From assembly GCA_963764725.1 (NCBI GenBank), contig CAVXTM010000002.1, forward strand, positions 96,001 to 160,000: DNA of 64,000 bases, read 5' to 3'. The notes under the pieces were generated by a model, which worked only from the letters and a program-made list of their open reading frames with translations, was not told the origin of the DNA and did not search any database. Positions 20,355 through 32,800 of the stretch are shown here, one piece after another. The translations under genes were made by a program, and so were the position numbers. The DNA is from an uncultured Gammaproteobacteria bacterium. GTDB lineage: Bacteria > Pseudomonadota > Gammaproteobacteria > JACCXJ01. The number at the start of each line of letters is the position of its first letter. Position 1 is the stretch's first letter.

Positions 20355-23300
20355 TCACAGGATCGACTCAGCCTCTTTGATTCGGCGCTCGGTCCCGTGA
20401 GCCTCGCGTGCGAGCTGGCCCGCGATCCACGTGTCGTTGCGGTGTCCCTGGCTCTCGATGAACCTACACGCCCACTTGATTTTATCGAGCGCCTCCAGAT
20501 CCGCGAAGCACTCTCCGGCGATCCTGTTCACGGCCGCACGCCGGACAAAGAGGGTGTGGGCACTATTGGTAGCGATCTGAAGCAGTATCACAAGGCTACG
20601 AGATGCGTTTATCTCCGTGGTCAGACGTCGCTCACGAAGTTGACTCATCGTATAGGAGCCTGCAAGCAATAGGGGAATGAGGATTCCCCCCACCTGGGCG
20701 AGACCCCAGCCCTTTGCCACGAGTCGCGCCTCTGCCTTTGCGGCGATGTCATCTGCCTGCGTCGACGCCGATTGCACGACGTTGTCGAGCTGATTCTTCA
20801 GCATATCGAGGCCAGCGCGCGCCCTTTGCTGCTCCTGCGCCAAGGGCTCACTGCGGGCCTGAAGCATCCTAATTTGTTCCTCTAGCGACCCAGGATCAAC
20901 TTCAGGATATAAGGCGGCCTCCTTGACGAGTTGCGCGTGGTCTTCAATCATAGCCATCATGCTATTAGCGAACTTGTTGCTTGCTAGGTCGATCTCCTCG
21001 ATGACGGCATGGGCTGTGCCAAAGAGCTTGTCGACACGGTGCCGGTCACCGACCACCCTTTCCTTGAGCGTCCTCGCTGTCGTTATGACGTCCCACAGCC
21101 CCAATGCACCCGCGTCGTCGGAATCGTCGGCTTTAGCGAGGGCTCCGAGCGACTCGGCGGACTGTCGGCGCAGGCTCTCGAGCCCTTGCGCACAGGGGCT
21201 CGTAGGCCCTTCCAGTAGCCCGTTTGAGGAGGGACTCGATCGCGCCGAGTGCGGCCTTCGCGCGTTCCCGATACAGCTCGAAGTCATCCTGAAGGGCTTG
21301 GAGCCGTGCCAGCTCCGTCCGCGTCAGGTACCGATAGCGCGCGGCAGCCAACACGAGCTCGTCAAGGACCGCGTCCCCCGCCTCGAGCTCACGCTCCCGA
21401 GCGAGAAGGTTCCGCGTTGCCGCGGCTAACTCCTCCCCTACCGCCACAAGGAAAGCTCTGTCATCACCCGCGCTCTGCATCGTCTTGAGCGACCTCGCCA
21501 CTGCCGTAAAATTCCTTGCTTCCTCCGCGAGCCGCGTCCGAGCTGCTTGGGTCGCTCGGACACGATCCAAAAGCGCTTCGCCTCTTTGCCGGATCTCTTC
21601 AAGCTCGTCAAGAAACTTCTTGTCGTCGAGCGTCTTTGCTTTGTACTCGTCGCGCGCCCGGTCAGCAGAATCCATGTCCATCTCACCGAGCACCGTTAGC
21701 AGCTCGCCCTCACGTTGGATGAACTGCTTTAGGTCGCTGCGGAAGGTGGCGAGCTGGTCTTCTAGGTCAGCACGCAGTTGCTCGTAGGTGTATCCCTGCT
21801 CACTGACCGTGGGCTGCGGTAGGGGCGGGTAGAAACTGGGCAGGGGCGCTATCGGATCGGGCGCCGACCAACCGACGACTGCGGGCGGGGTTGTGACCCG
21901 GTCTCTTGCCTCGCGCCCAACGAAGGGGAGCACGCCGAAGATGCCGAGTGCTGCTACAATCGATACGACTGCGTTAAGGGCACGGAGGTGCCGATAGCGG
22001 TCATAACGTTGAGTGGGCACCGCGAGCACCTGCCCTCGACGTTCAGTGGGCGCCGCGAAGCTCTGCCCTTCCCCGGTAGTTCCTATAGATAGACGACGGA
22101 GCGGGTTCGATACGAGCCGCCATACTATTCCCCCGAGGGCACGCAGCGATCGCCAGAGGCGCGAAGCGAGGTACCAGGGAGTGGTCCAGAACGAGAAAAG
22201 CGGCGTGATCGGATTGCCAAACGAGTTGTAGATAGACAAGCCGATGTAGAGGGTGACGGTGACGGCTTGCAGGAAAACCGGAAAGCTCAGTTGAGCGCCA
22301 GCGGTATAGATGGGCTCAGCGATAAACACCCAGAACGCAGCGAGGACAGTAATGACGGTCGCGCCGCTCAGGATCGCGTTCAGCAACCAGGCTGTTCCGT
22401 ACACGAGCATGTACACTGATGGCCACCGGCCCAGCGTCGCGGGAGGCGTCCAATAGCGCCAGGGAAGCAACTCTTGACGGAAACCGAGCCGGAGATAGTA
22501 GTCAACAAGATACAGCCAATAGATCCCGAGTCGGCCACCCGCTGAGACGAACGCACACAGGGCGAGCGCGTACTCGTGCCGCAATGCCGGCACACGATCG
22601 CGCAGCATTATGGCGACGGACCGAAGATCGTCTCGGGTTACGTGCGAAGGTCGCCGAAGGTGTTCGCAGTACGCTTCGCACACCTTGAACTGGGCTACGA
22701 GCTCGCCCATCCTGAGGGAGGCCGTGAGGCGTGCCCGGAGCGTCTCGAGGGCGGTCTGGAGACTTTGCGCGGCGTTCAAAGATTCGGGGGTGATTCTGGG
22801 ATGTACGCCGAGCACCGGGCGCAGCGGACAAGGTGCTCGACATCGTCTTCATCTTTCCGCCTGAGGAGCCACAGGAGATCGGCGCCTGGATCTTGCGCGA
22901 TTGCAAAGTAAATGCTAAGCGCCTGATCCCACCAGAAATTGACCGCGCCGGTTTCCGTGAATTCTTCCGCGAATTTTGGCAAGCCGACCGCTGCTATAAA
23001 GGAGGCCGCGAAGTAGTCTTGGAGCCGCTGGTTCTTGAACTGGCCGATAGCATCGCCCGCGGGCTCGACGATTCTGCTCTCGCCGAGGAGTTGCATTACC
23101 GCACCGTAAACCGCGACGCTCAGCAAGCGACCCGCCGATTCTTCGGGTTTGTCCAGTACCCATCGCGCCACTAGACCGATCTCGTCGACACTGGAGAGAC
23201 GAAGTAGGATGGGCAGCTGCAGCGCGAGGTTGCTTGCCGAGCGGTCGCCTTGCAACGTCCTGAACACTGTGTCCTGGATCGTGCGGCCCAGCAGGTTCCG

Positions 23301-24791
23301 CAGCGCGCTATACGCCCTCTGTTCGGAACGGTCGAGCGCTGCCGCTGCCTCCTCCTGGAGCCTCGGATGAAGCGCCAGCAGACCGTTGTAACACCGCTCA
23401 ATTAGGTTTACATCCGCCAAACGTAGCGCGCTCTGCGCTGCCCGATCGAGGCCCACGCGAGTAGCCGCCACTGCACCCCCGATTACCAGGACGAGATCCA
23501 CGACCGTCTTGATCTCCTCGTCAAAAACGAGCTGGTGCCGTTTCAGTTCTCGTTCGAGCTCGGTGAGGTACAGTGGGCGGAAGTCCAGGGCGAGCGCTAT
23601 GCCCTTGCCCGGAGCATTCGCCTGTTCGGCGTAGTACAACACGAGCAGGTATAGAAAATAGGGGTTACCCAGGTAGACTCCCATGCGGTGCTTGCTCGCC
23701 TGCGACCTGAGGCCGGTCAGCATCCGCTCGAGCCGGATCCTGTTCGCGCCCTGGAGCTTGCGCGACTTGAGCTTACGCGACAGGAAGTCGTCGACGCGGC
23801 GCAGGCTCAGTGGCTCGATCTCGGCGATGTTTGCCCCCAGTGTGGAGCGGTAGCCACGGATTTCATCGACGCGACACGATACGATGAACTTGTGCTCTCT
23901 AGTGATATCCGCCTGAATAGATCCCTTGATCACCGTGAAGAGCTGCTTATAGCGGTGCTTATCCCGAAACTCATCCAGACCGTCAAGGATGAATGCGAAC
24001 TGAATTGAGCGCGCGCGCTCACCCATGAGCCGGTGGAAGTCGCGTTGGATCCGGTTGTTGGCCTTCCCAAGCGGGCAGTGAGAGGCGATGGTAGCCATGC
24101 GTTCTACTGTTGACTCCTTGGTCATCCGCTCGATTTCGTCGAGGGCAGACGGCTCCATCTCACGAATGTACATAAAGACCGGCACGAGTGGACTGCGGCC
24201 CTCGAGATAGAGTTTCTTCAGGCGGAAGAACGTGAATATGAGCGATAGGGTCTTTCCGCTCCCTGGCTTTCCCGTAACAAGTACCGGCTCTAGGCCCTCC
24301 GTGAGGAGCGCGACCAGGTCCTTGGTGCGCTTCGGGTTGCGCTGCCCGCGGGTGATATACCGATGGCTCAAGTGCTCGGGCGAGAGGCTTGCCGCCAGGG
24401 CGACGTACTGTGCACGGTCGATGTCGCTGGTTGCATCCGACCGTGCTCGTTCCTCATGCAGGAAGAACGGATCGCTCTCGATTACAAAGCGCGCGAGCAC
24501 ATCTTCGGTGTCCACGAGATACTTGTAGAGCACGGGCCAATAGGCATCTTCCTCATGGGCAGCGGCCGCGGCGGTGCGCTTGAGCCAACTGCCTACTTTC
24601 CGCATGACGATGTACGCCACGAAGAGCGATACGAAACTTACTATCCGGGCGAGAAGGCTAAGGTCCGCAACGGCGAGGAGCGTGGATGCTAACGCCACCG
24701 CGATCCAGCGGATCCAATCCCTATCGGTGATGAGCAGGAGACGGCGGAACCACCGGCGTAAGGAGAAAGTCGCGCTACGAGTCCACATCAC
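20355..24791 (-). CDS. Giant TM-NACHT-TM-coiled-coil protein, split into three ORFs by two probable frameshifts
   Basis: GKPGSGKT Walker A, FILDGLDEF Walker B, VSCR, GNPYFL, FKNQRLQDYFAA winged-helix motif; overlapping ORFs 22776..24791, 21133..22815, 20355..21287. Confidence 0.7.
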
Positions 24792-24993
24792 AGTGTGCTC
24801 TGAAAAAACCCTGTTGAGCAGGCCGTAAGGACAAAGTTGTTCGAGTGGTGGCTCAGCGTTTGGGTATTAGTCCCGGGCAGGCCGTCTTCTGGATAAACGC
24901 CACGCCTAGAGGGCTCGCCGTGCTCTATCCCTCTCCCTTAGAACAAGCATCCTGAGGAGAATAGGACTAAACGCCCTTTTTTGTCGACGAGAT

Positions 24994-25053
24994 AAAGTAC
25001 AGGTGGACCTGTGGGCTGTCAAACACGCGAGAGCGTGGTCTAGAATCGGGGAC
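24994..25053 (-). promoter_or_regulatory. Repeated promoter module, copy 2
   Basis: TTGACA-17-TACTTT on the minus strand upstream of the NACHT gene. Confidence 0.6.
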
Positions 25054-25086
25054 ATTTCGCAAAGCCTCATCAGTCTTGACTTTATG

Positions 25087-25487
25087 GGGACCTCTAAAAA
25101 TTGCCCTTATCACGGCGAATTTTGATTCACTGAGCTTCGTGGTTGTGAGATCATGTGCACGAAGCGGAACCATGAGCGAGCGTGATAAAGATGCAATGGC
25201 AACCTGGATTCTTTGATGTCGAGCAACGTGCGGCGAAGTTGACGGAGATGGGAGATCCCTTGGTGGGATTGGGGCAAGCGTTTCGACCCGATCTCAATCG
25301 TGTGAATGAGAAGGTGAGGACGAGTAATGCGGGTGCTAAGCCGTTTGATGTCGTTCTTATGTTCAAGGTGCTGGTGCGCACCATGGGATGGAAGCGGGCC
25401 AAAGTGAAGATAGGCATTTTGGATCTCGTCTACAACGTGACATGTCTGGTACAACTGCTCAAGCGTGATGTGCGGGCGCTTGCGCGT
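25087..25487 (+). mobile_element. Internally deleted IS5-family remnant
   Basis: End-like GGACCTCTAAAAA; QPGFFD..KLTEMGDPL, AGAKPFDVVLMFK, then AKVKIG..LVYN, i.e. transposase N- and C-termini only. Confidence 0.75.
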
Positions 25488-26102
25488 TCCTTACTAACCT
25501 TTCTGTCAATTGCGCTTTTACTGTGCGCATTTGCAATTACAACAGCGGTGAACGCGCAAACGACCAGTACTAGATCTGCTGAAAAGAAATCTGCAACTGC
25601 TGTTAAGAATGCTCCTGTAAAGCAAGAGACTTTTATGGAACGCTATTACGCAGTAAAAGCCGCATATCCCGCTTTAACAAGTGTGTACGGCGATTATTCC
25701 GCCTCTTCGAACAGCCAGGAAAAATTCATGGAGAGATATAACCAGATCAAAGGTGCGTATCCTAAATTAACAGATGCCTTCGGAAATTACGCTGCGTCAG
25801 AATATTCTCTTGCAGATTTTATTAAAAGGTATTACCAGATCAAAGACAGCTACCCTAGATTAAAAGACACTTACGGGGATTATGCGGGATCAAAAAAAAC
25901 GCTGGAAGATTTTATTAAACGCTATTACCAGATAAAAGATTCTTCTCCGGCTTTATCAGCAGTTTATGCACAATACGCGGCTTCTGATAATGACCTAACA
26001 GAATTTTCTGCGCGTTACTATGCGATAAAGGCAAGCAGCAAAGAAATGAAAGACTGTTACGGTGATTACGCCGCTTCAACAAAAAAGCTTTCGGCCAAAT
26101 AA
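25182..26102 (+). CDS. IS5 remnant fused in frame to an AT-rich secreted protein with five 31-aa repeats
   Basis: Signal-like LLTFLSIALLLCAFAITTAVNA, then repeats with consensus FxxRYYxIKxxYPxLxxxYGDYAAS. Confidence 0.7.
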   Translation: MIKMQWQPGFFDVEQRAAKLTEMGDPLVGLGQAFRPDLNRVNEKVRTSNAGAKPFDVVLMFKVLVRTMGWKRAKVKIGILDLVYNVTCLVQLLKRDVRALARSLLTFLSIALLLCAFAITTAVNAQTTSTRSAEKKSATAVKNAPVKQETFMERYYAVKAAYPALTSVYGDYSASSNSQEKFMERYNQIKGAYPKLTDAFGNYAASEYSLADFIKRYYQIKDSYPRLKDTYGDYAGSKKTLEDFIKRYYQIKDSSPALSAVYAQYAASDNDLTEFSARYYAIKASSKEMKDCYGDYAASTKKLSAK

Positions 26103-26212
26103 TTTCATTGAGAGAAATTAAAAATGCTGCTATTCACAACCATCAGAAAAAAATGAGCAAAGTAATTTTGGCAGCTTGATGCCTAACGCGGCCCACTCGA
26201 TGATGTGGTGAA

Positions 26213-26400
26213 TGGTTTCCATCAGGTCCTTTCGCCTTCACGTTCAAACCGCTCCAATTCTCGGCCAGAATCGGCACACTGAGGTTGCACGCCTGGACGC
26301 CCTGGACGACGCAGAGCTTCAGAACCTCCATGATTTCTATCATCGTCGCGCCGGCTTTCCGCGCCCCCTTGATATGGCGGCGGGTGCCCGGCGCATACAT
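26213..26400 (-). pseudogene. Carboxymuconolactone decarboxylase/AhpD-family C-terminal fragment
   Basis: GTRRHIKGARKAGATMIEIMEVLKL. Confidence 0.65.
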
Positions 26401-26651
26401 GTGCGCGGTACATTCGTGTCGGTTCGCTCGACGAACCGAAACTGAGGATCTTGAAAGGCATCGAGGAGATGAACATGGCCCCCGTTGTCATGCGCTGGAA
26501 AGCATTCGATTTGAGTATCGCATAACTGTTCACATACTCGTGAAACGAGCTATTGAGTAACTCGCCGGTTCTTCATTGTCTCGAACTTTTTTTCAAGGGC
26601 GAGCGAGCATACGGCAATACGATTAAGTCCCTATGAATCTTTATAGCCGGC

Positions 26652-29600
26652 ATGCTGCACTTTGTTCAGAGTAATTGCTTGGAAGCCCTCGCAACGGAGC
26701 TTGCGGAGGTTCTCCGCACGCCGTTACCGGAGGTTTTGATGCCCGACACGATTGTGGTTCAGCATCCCGGTATTGCGCAGTGGTTGTCGTTGCGGCTCGC
26801 CTCGACGCTCGGGATTTCCGCCAACTTCCGTTTCCCGCTTCCCGCGCAGTTTATCTGGGAGGTCTTTCGCGCCGTGTTGCCGGCCGTACCGAACGCGCCT
26901 CATCCGTTCGAGAGCGACGTGCTCACCTGGCGTCTGCTCGCGCTCCTGCAAGACCTCGAGCCGGCGGACCATTGGGCGGAGCTCCGCCGTTACATCGATC
27001 ACCAGGGCGAGCGTGGGGCCTATGAGCTTGCCGAGCGCATCGCGCTCACCTTCGAGCGCTATCTGGTGTACCGGCCGCAGTGGATCCGGGCCTGGGAGGG
27101 GGGAGAAGACCGGCACTGGCAAGCACAACTCTGGCGCCGCCTGGCGCCCGTGGGCGCGCGACATTGGCTGCATATTCGGGACGAATTCATGGCCTCGCCG
27201 CTGGACCCGTCGGTCTTGGCCCCACGCGTGTGCTTGTTCGCGTTGCGGACGCTCTCCCCGGCGTATTTCGAGGTCATGGCGCGGCTCGCGGCCACGATTG
27301 ATGTCCACTTTTTTTACCTCAATCCCTGTCGGCAATATTTTGGAGATGTCGTATCCTCCCTGAAAAGCGGCGCAGGCGAGCTTGACGCGGGCAACCCCTT
27401 GATCGCGTCGCTGGCACGCCAAGGCCGGGATGTGATCGATACGGTGCTCGCCTACGACCCGATCGAGCATGAGGTGTTCGTGGAACCGCGCCCGGCGACG
27501 ACCCTGGGCCGGATCCAGGCGGATCTCCTCGATCTCATCGACCGCGGTGCGCCGGGCGCGGCCGAGGCCGTCCCGCTCCCCGATCTCGATTCGCTCCAGA
27601 TCCATGCTTGTCCCGGACCGCAGCGCGAGGTCGAGGTGCTGCACGATCAGTTACTCCATCTATTTACAGCCTTGCCGGACCTGCGGCCCTCCGAGGTGCG
27701 CATCATGACTCCCGACATCGAGCGCTATGCGCCCCATATCGAGGCGATTTTCGACATGGCCGGAACGCGCATCCCCTATGGCATCGCCGGTCGCGCTCAC
27801 CTCACCGGTAGCCCGCTCGTCGAAGCATTTCTACGCTTGCTCGAGGTCGCTCGCGGCCGCTGTACTGCGGCTAATATTCTCGATCTCCTCGATGCGCCGC
27901 TCATCTTGGCCCGGCTGGATTTCACGGAACCCGATATCGCTGCAATCCGCCGCTGGGTCCGGGAGGCGGGGATCCGTTGGGGGGTGGATGGCGGACATCT
28001 TCACGGATTGGGCCTGCCCGCTTTTCCCGATAATACGTGGAAGGCGGGCATCGATCGGCTCGTCATCGGTTACGCGCTCCCACCCGAGGACGGCGATCGG
28101 GTCTTCGAGGGGATGCTCCCGAGTGCAGATCTCGAGGGTGACAGCGCCCAGCTTCTCGGCCGCTTCGTGAGCTTTTGCGAGGATCTCTGGCGTACTCGGT
28201 CGCTGCTCGAAGCCCGGCGCCCCGTGGCTGCATGGGCGGCGATCCTCCGTGACTTGGCGGAGCAGTTCATTGAGCCGGGGGAAACGCACGCGCAGGATCT
28301 GGTCGCGTTAAGACGTGCGCTCGCGGAAATGGAACGCAGTGCCGCCTGTGCCGGATTTTCTCATCCCACCGCCTTGGATGTGATCGTGGCGGATCTCAGC
28401 CGGCGGCTCGATGCCGGGTTCTCGCCGACTCTAAAACCGGGTGCCCTTAGCGTGTGCTCGCTCGCCCCGTGGCATTGCGGGCCAGTGCGGGTGCTGTGCC
28501 TGATCGGGCTCGACGACGAGCGCTATCCTCGGCCCGGGGCTCGACCGAGCTTCGATCTCATGGTGCACGATGCACGCCCGGCCGATCCCAATCAACGCGA
28601 TGCCGATCGCCACCTCTTTCTCGAGGCCATGCAGGCCGCCCGCGAGGTGCTCTACATCAGTTTCTGCGGAACGGACCTGCGCGATCAAACAGAACGCTTG
28701 CCCTCGGTGCTCGCGAGCGAGCTTCTCGACTATGCCGAGCGCGCGTTCAGCGCGCCCCCTGAAAAATCGGTTCGCGATCTGCTGGTGATCAAACACCCCC
28801 TACAGGCCTTCAGCCCGCGTTATTTCGATGGCGAAAGCCGGCTGTTCAGCTACTCGCGCAGCTTGTGCGAGGCGATCGCACGGCAACCAGACACGACTGT
28901 GCGCGATTTCTTCATCCACCAGCGATTGCCGGACCCGGGCGCGGAACGGCGCTCGGTCTCCCTCGATCAATTGCTCCGCTTCCTCGGTCATCCGATCCGT
29001 TTCTTACTGCAAGAACGCTTGGGCATGTTTTTATCCGAGGAGGAGGATGGGGTCGAGGACAGCGAACCCTTTAGGTTAGACCGTTCCGCGGGCGCGAAGC
29101 TAAAGGCGCGGCTGTTGCGCGAACGGATCCTGGGGAATGCGCCGGAGATTAGCGCCGAGCTGGCCAGAGCCCGTGCGGCTCTGCCCCACGGCCGCGTCGG
29201 CGAGCTTGCGTTTGACCAACAGCAGCAAGCGGTCGAAGTTTTTTATCAACGGCTGCAAGGAGTCAATCTGGGCAGGGAGCGGCAAACCCGCGCTTTCGAC
29301 CTGCCATTCAACGAGCTACGTTTGTCGGGTCAACTCACGGAACTGGATGAGCAGGGACTGATACTTTATCGGCTGCGGCCGGTCTCGGTCTGGGATTGCT
29401 TAAGCCTCTGGGTCCAGCACCTCGCGCTCAATAGCCTGCAACCCGCGGGTATCGCCCGTAGGAGCCAGTGGCTGGGCGAGGATCAAAGCTTGTCGATCGA
29501 GCCGATCGCTCATGCTCCTGAGCTCTTGGGGGACTTGTTAGATCTGTATTGGGAAGGCTTAAACCGCCCGCTCCATCTGTTCCCGAGAAGTTCCCGCGCG

Positions 29601-29810
29601 TACGCCGCGGCCGCGCGGCGGAACCGCTCGGATCCGCTGCGGGCCGCGCGCAACAAGTGGATCGGCAATGAGCATAGCCGCGGTGAACGCGACGATCCCT
29701 ATAACAGCCTCTGCTTTCGCGCGGCCGATCCTCTCGACGAAGAATTTGGCGTACTAGCGTTGCGGGTGTTCTCACCGCTCATCGAGTGCGTGCTGGAGGA
29801 ATCGGCGTGA
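26652..29810 (+). CDS. recC: Exodeoxyribonuclease V gamma subunit
   Basis: QSNCLEAL, QWLSLRLA, NPCRQYFGD, REVEVLHD, HPLQAFSPRYF. Confidence 0.95.
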   Translation: MLHFVQSNCLEALATELAEVLRTPLPEVLMPDTIVVQHPGIAQWLSLRLASTLGISANFRFPLPAQFIWEVFRAVLPAVPNAPHPFESDVLTWRLLALLQDLEPADHWAELRRYIDHQGERGAYELAERIALTFERYLVYRPQWIRAWEGGEDRHWQAQLWRRLAPVGARHWLHIRDEFMASPLDPSVLAPRVCLFALRTLSPAYFEVMARLAATIDVHFFYLNPCRQYFGDVVSSLKSGAGELDAGNPLIASLARQGRDVIDTVLAYDPIEHEVFVEPRPATTLGRIQADLLDLIDRGAPGAAEAVPLPDLDSLQIHACPGPQREVEVLHDQLLHLFTALPDLRPSEVRIMTPDIERYAPHIEAIFDMAGTRIPYGIAGRAHLTGSPLVEAFLRLLEVARGRCTAANILDLLDAPLILARLDFTEPDIAAIRRWVREAGIRWGVDGGHLHGLGLPAFPDNTWKAGIDRLVIGYALPPEDGDRVFEGMLPSADLEGDSAQLLGRFVSFCEDLWRTRSLLEARRPVAAWAAILRDLAEQFIEPGETHAQDLVALRRALAEMERSAACAGFSHPTALDVIVADLSRRLDAGFSPTLKPGALSVCSLAPWHCGPVRVLCLIGLDDERYPRPGARPSFDLMVHDARPADPNQRDADRHLFLEAMQAAREVLYISFCGTDLRDQTERLPSVLASELLDYAERAFSAPPEKSVRDLLVIKHPLQAFSPRYFDGESRLFSYSRSLCEAIARQPDTTVRDFFIHQRLPDPGAERRSVSLDQLLRFLGHPIRFLLQERLGMFLSEEEDGVEDSEPFRLDRSAGAKLKARLLRERILGNAPEISAELARARAALPHGRVGELAFDQQQQAVEVFYQRLQGVNLGRERQTRAFDLPFNELRLSGQLTELDEQGLILYRLRPVSVWDCLSLWVQHLALNSLQPAGIARRSQWLGEDQSLSIEPIAHAPELLGDLLDLYWEGLNRPLHLFPRSSRAYAAAARRNRSDPLRAARNKWIGNEHSRGERDDPYNSLCFRAADPLDEEFGVLALRVFSPLIECVLEESA

Positions 29811-32800
29811 GCGATTCCGGCATTCTAAAGCTTATGGATCTGCCGCTCACCGCCACCCACGCCATCGAAGCGAGCGCCGGCACAGGCAAGACGCACACCA
29901 TCATCAGCCTGTATCTGCGTCTGCTCCTCGAATCGGGGCGAGGGGTGGATCAAATTCTTGTCCTCACTTATACCAAGGCGGCCACGGCCGAGCTCAGGCG
30001 CCGCATCCGCGAGCGTTTGCTGAGTAGCCGCGCGATGTTGCAAAAGGGCGGGGGTGACGACCCGGTTGTCGAGGCGTGTCTGGCGCAAGGAATGGATGCG
30101 AAGAACGCCGCGCGGATCGTGACCGGCGCGCTGCGCGGATCCGACGATGCGGCGATTTACACCATGCACGGTTTCTGTCAGCGGGTCCTGAGCGACTATG
30201 CCTTTGAGGGTTGTAACTCCTTCAGTAGCGAGATCCTGCCGGAGACCCGCGAGCTCCTGCGCGAGGTGGTGCAGGATTTTTGGCGGCGGGAATTCTACAC
30301 CGCGCCGCGCGGCTGGTTGGCCTATGCGTTGGGTCGAAGCACGGACCCCGAGCTGCTCACCCGTTGGGTGGAGCGCTATATCGGTAGACCGTACATAAAG
30401 CTGGCTGGCCAAGCGCGGCGCGACGATTGCGCCGCGGAGCAGGCACGCTTTGAGGCGTGCTCGCGTGAGGCCCAGCGGCTCTGGTCCACGGCACGATCCG
30501 AGATTGAGGATCTCATGATCAATTCCAAGACTCTGGACCGCAACCAATACCGCGATTCCTCGGTCGCGGTCTGGCTCGCTCAAACCGAGCGGTTCTTCCG
30601 CTTCGCGCCCATCGTATCGGCGCTCCCGAAAGGGGTCCGGCGCTTCTCTGCCGAGGCGATCAATGCGGGGATGAAGACAGGCCAGACCGCACTCTCACAC
30701 CCGTTTTTCGCTGCCTGTGATGACTTAGTTACGCAACACGCGCTGCTGGAGCAGTGCTACCGGATGCGGTTCCAAGCGCTGTTGCGGGATTTACTAGGCT
30801 ATGTCGAGCGCGAGCTCGAGCCGCGAAAACGCCGACTTGGGGTTCACTCCTACGATGATCTGCTCACCAGGCTCGCGCAAGCGCTCGCGAGCCCGAACGG
30901 ACCCGCCTTGGCGGACGCCGTCAGGGGCCGCTACAGCGCGGCGCTGATCGATGAGTTTCAGGACACCGATCCCTTGCAGTTTCAAATCTTCGACAAGATC
31001 TATGGAGGATCGGATCTGCCGGTCTATTACGTCGGCGATCCGAAGCAGGCCATCTATAGTTTCCGCGGCGCCGACGTGTTCGCCTATTTCGAGGCGCGTG
31101 CCCGCGCGCGCTCGCTGCGCACGCTCGGGACCAACTGGCGTTCCGATGCGCCTCTCGTGCAGGCCGTCAATACCCTCTTTTCTCGCAACCCATCGCCGTT
31201 TTTCAATACCGAGATCGTCTTCCATCCGGTCGCATGCGCGGCCGGAAAAGGATCCGAACTGTGCCTCGGCGATGGCGGCCAGGTGCCGATGGTAGTGTGG
31301 TGCATGGAGAGGGAGGAAGGGGAGAAGGCGATCTCGAAGGAGCGCGCCCGATGGGTGGCGGCGCAAGCGGTGGCGGCCGAAATCGAGACGCTCCTCGATC
31401 CTGCGGCGGACCTCCGCCTTTGCCATCGGCGCCTGCAAGGCAGCGACATCGCGGTGCTGGTACGGACACATGTCGAGGGCGATCTGGTGCGCGGCGTCTT
31501 GCGTTCCCGCGGTATAGCGAGCGTCGAGCAGGGGGCGGGCGATGTGTTCCAATCGCACCAGGCCGCCGATCTCGAATGGGTGCTCAGGGCGGTTCTCGAA
31601 CCCCATGTGCTGTCCTACTTGAAGGCGGCGTTGGCCACGGAGTTACTGGGCAGGACGAGTCTCGAGGTGTGGGATATCGATCACGACGAGGACGTCTGGG
31701 AAGGTTATCTCAAACGCTTTCAGGAGTATCACCGCCAATGGCGGGATCGCGGTTTTATGCTTGCGTTTCGCGGCCTCATCGAAGGAGAAGCGGTAAGCGA
31801 GCGCTTGCTCGCGCTCCCGGACGGTGCGCGCAGGCTTACTAACCTCTTGCATCTCGCGGAACTGCTCCAGGCGCGCGCGGTACGCTATCGGCCCGGAATG
31901 GAGGGTCTCCTGCGGTGGTATGCCACGCGCCGCCGCTCGGGCGCCCCGGGAGCGGAGGAAGAGTTGTTGCGGCTGGAAAGCGATGAGCCACTGGTGAAGA
32001 TCGTCACCGTGCATAAGAGCAAGGGGCTCGAATACCCGATCGTCTTTTGCCCGTTTATGTGGGATCCCCGCCGGCGCCCTGACGACGCGAACGGGATCCT
32101 GTATCACGATCCGGATGAACGCTTCCGGCCCGTGCTCGACCTGGGATCGGAGAACCACGCCGCGGCGTCCAAATTCGCCGCGCGCGAGCGCTATGCCGAG
32201 AGCCTGCGGATGCTTTATGTCGCGGTCACGCGCGCCAAGCACCGCTGTTATTTACTTTGGGGAGCCGTCAAGGACGCGGCATACTCGCCCCTTGCCTGGT
32301 TGCTACACCCGCCAAGCTCCGGCGCATCCGAGATCGATTGGCATCAGCAGGTCGAGAGCTTGAGCGATGCAGCGATCAAAGGCGAGATCGAAGCGCTGGC
32401 ATCGGCCTCGGGGGGTACGATCCTTCTGGCGTCGCCGCCAACCCCTACGCGGCGCGCGCCGGCCGAGGCGCCACCAAATCCTCGATTCGCGGCGCGTGTA
32501 TTCTCGGGAACCATCGCCGAACCGTGGGCTATGACAAGCTTTTCGGCGCTGATGCGCGGGATGCCGACGGAGGCGCGTTACGTCGATTTGGATACGGAGC
32601 CGGATCCCAAGCCGGGCCCAGCGGACGTGCCGCGCACGATCTTTCATTTCCCGCGCGGTGTAACCGCGGGCCGCTGCCTGCATGCGGTCTTGGAGCATTT
32701 GGATTTTACGACTTACCGGTCCGAGGATCTCATGGCCTTGGTCCGGCAAAGCCTGGAAGAACACGGCATCGCTACCGAATGGAGCAAGGTGTTGAGCGGG

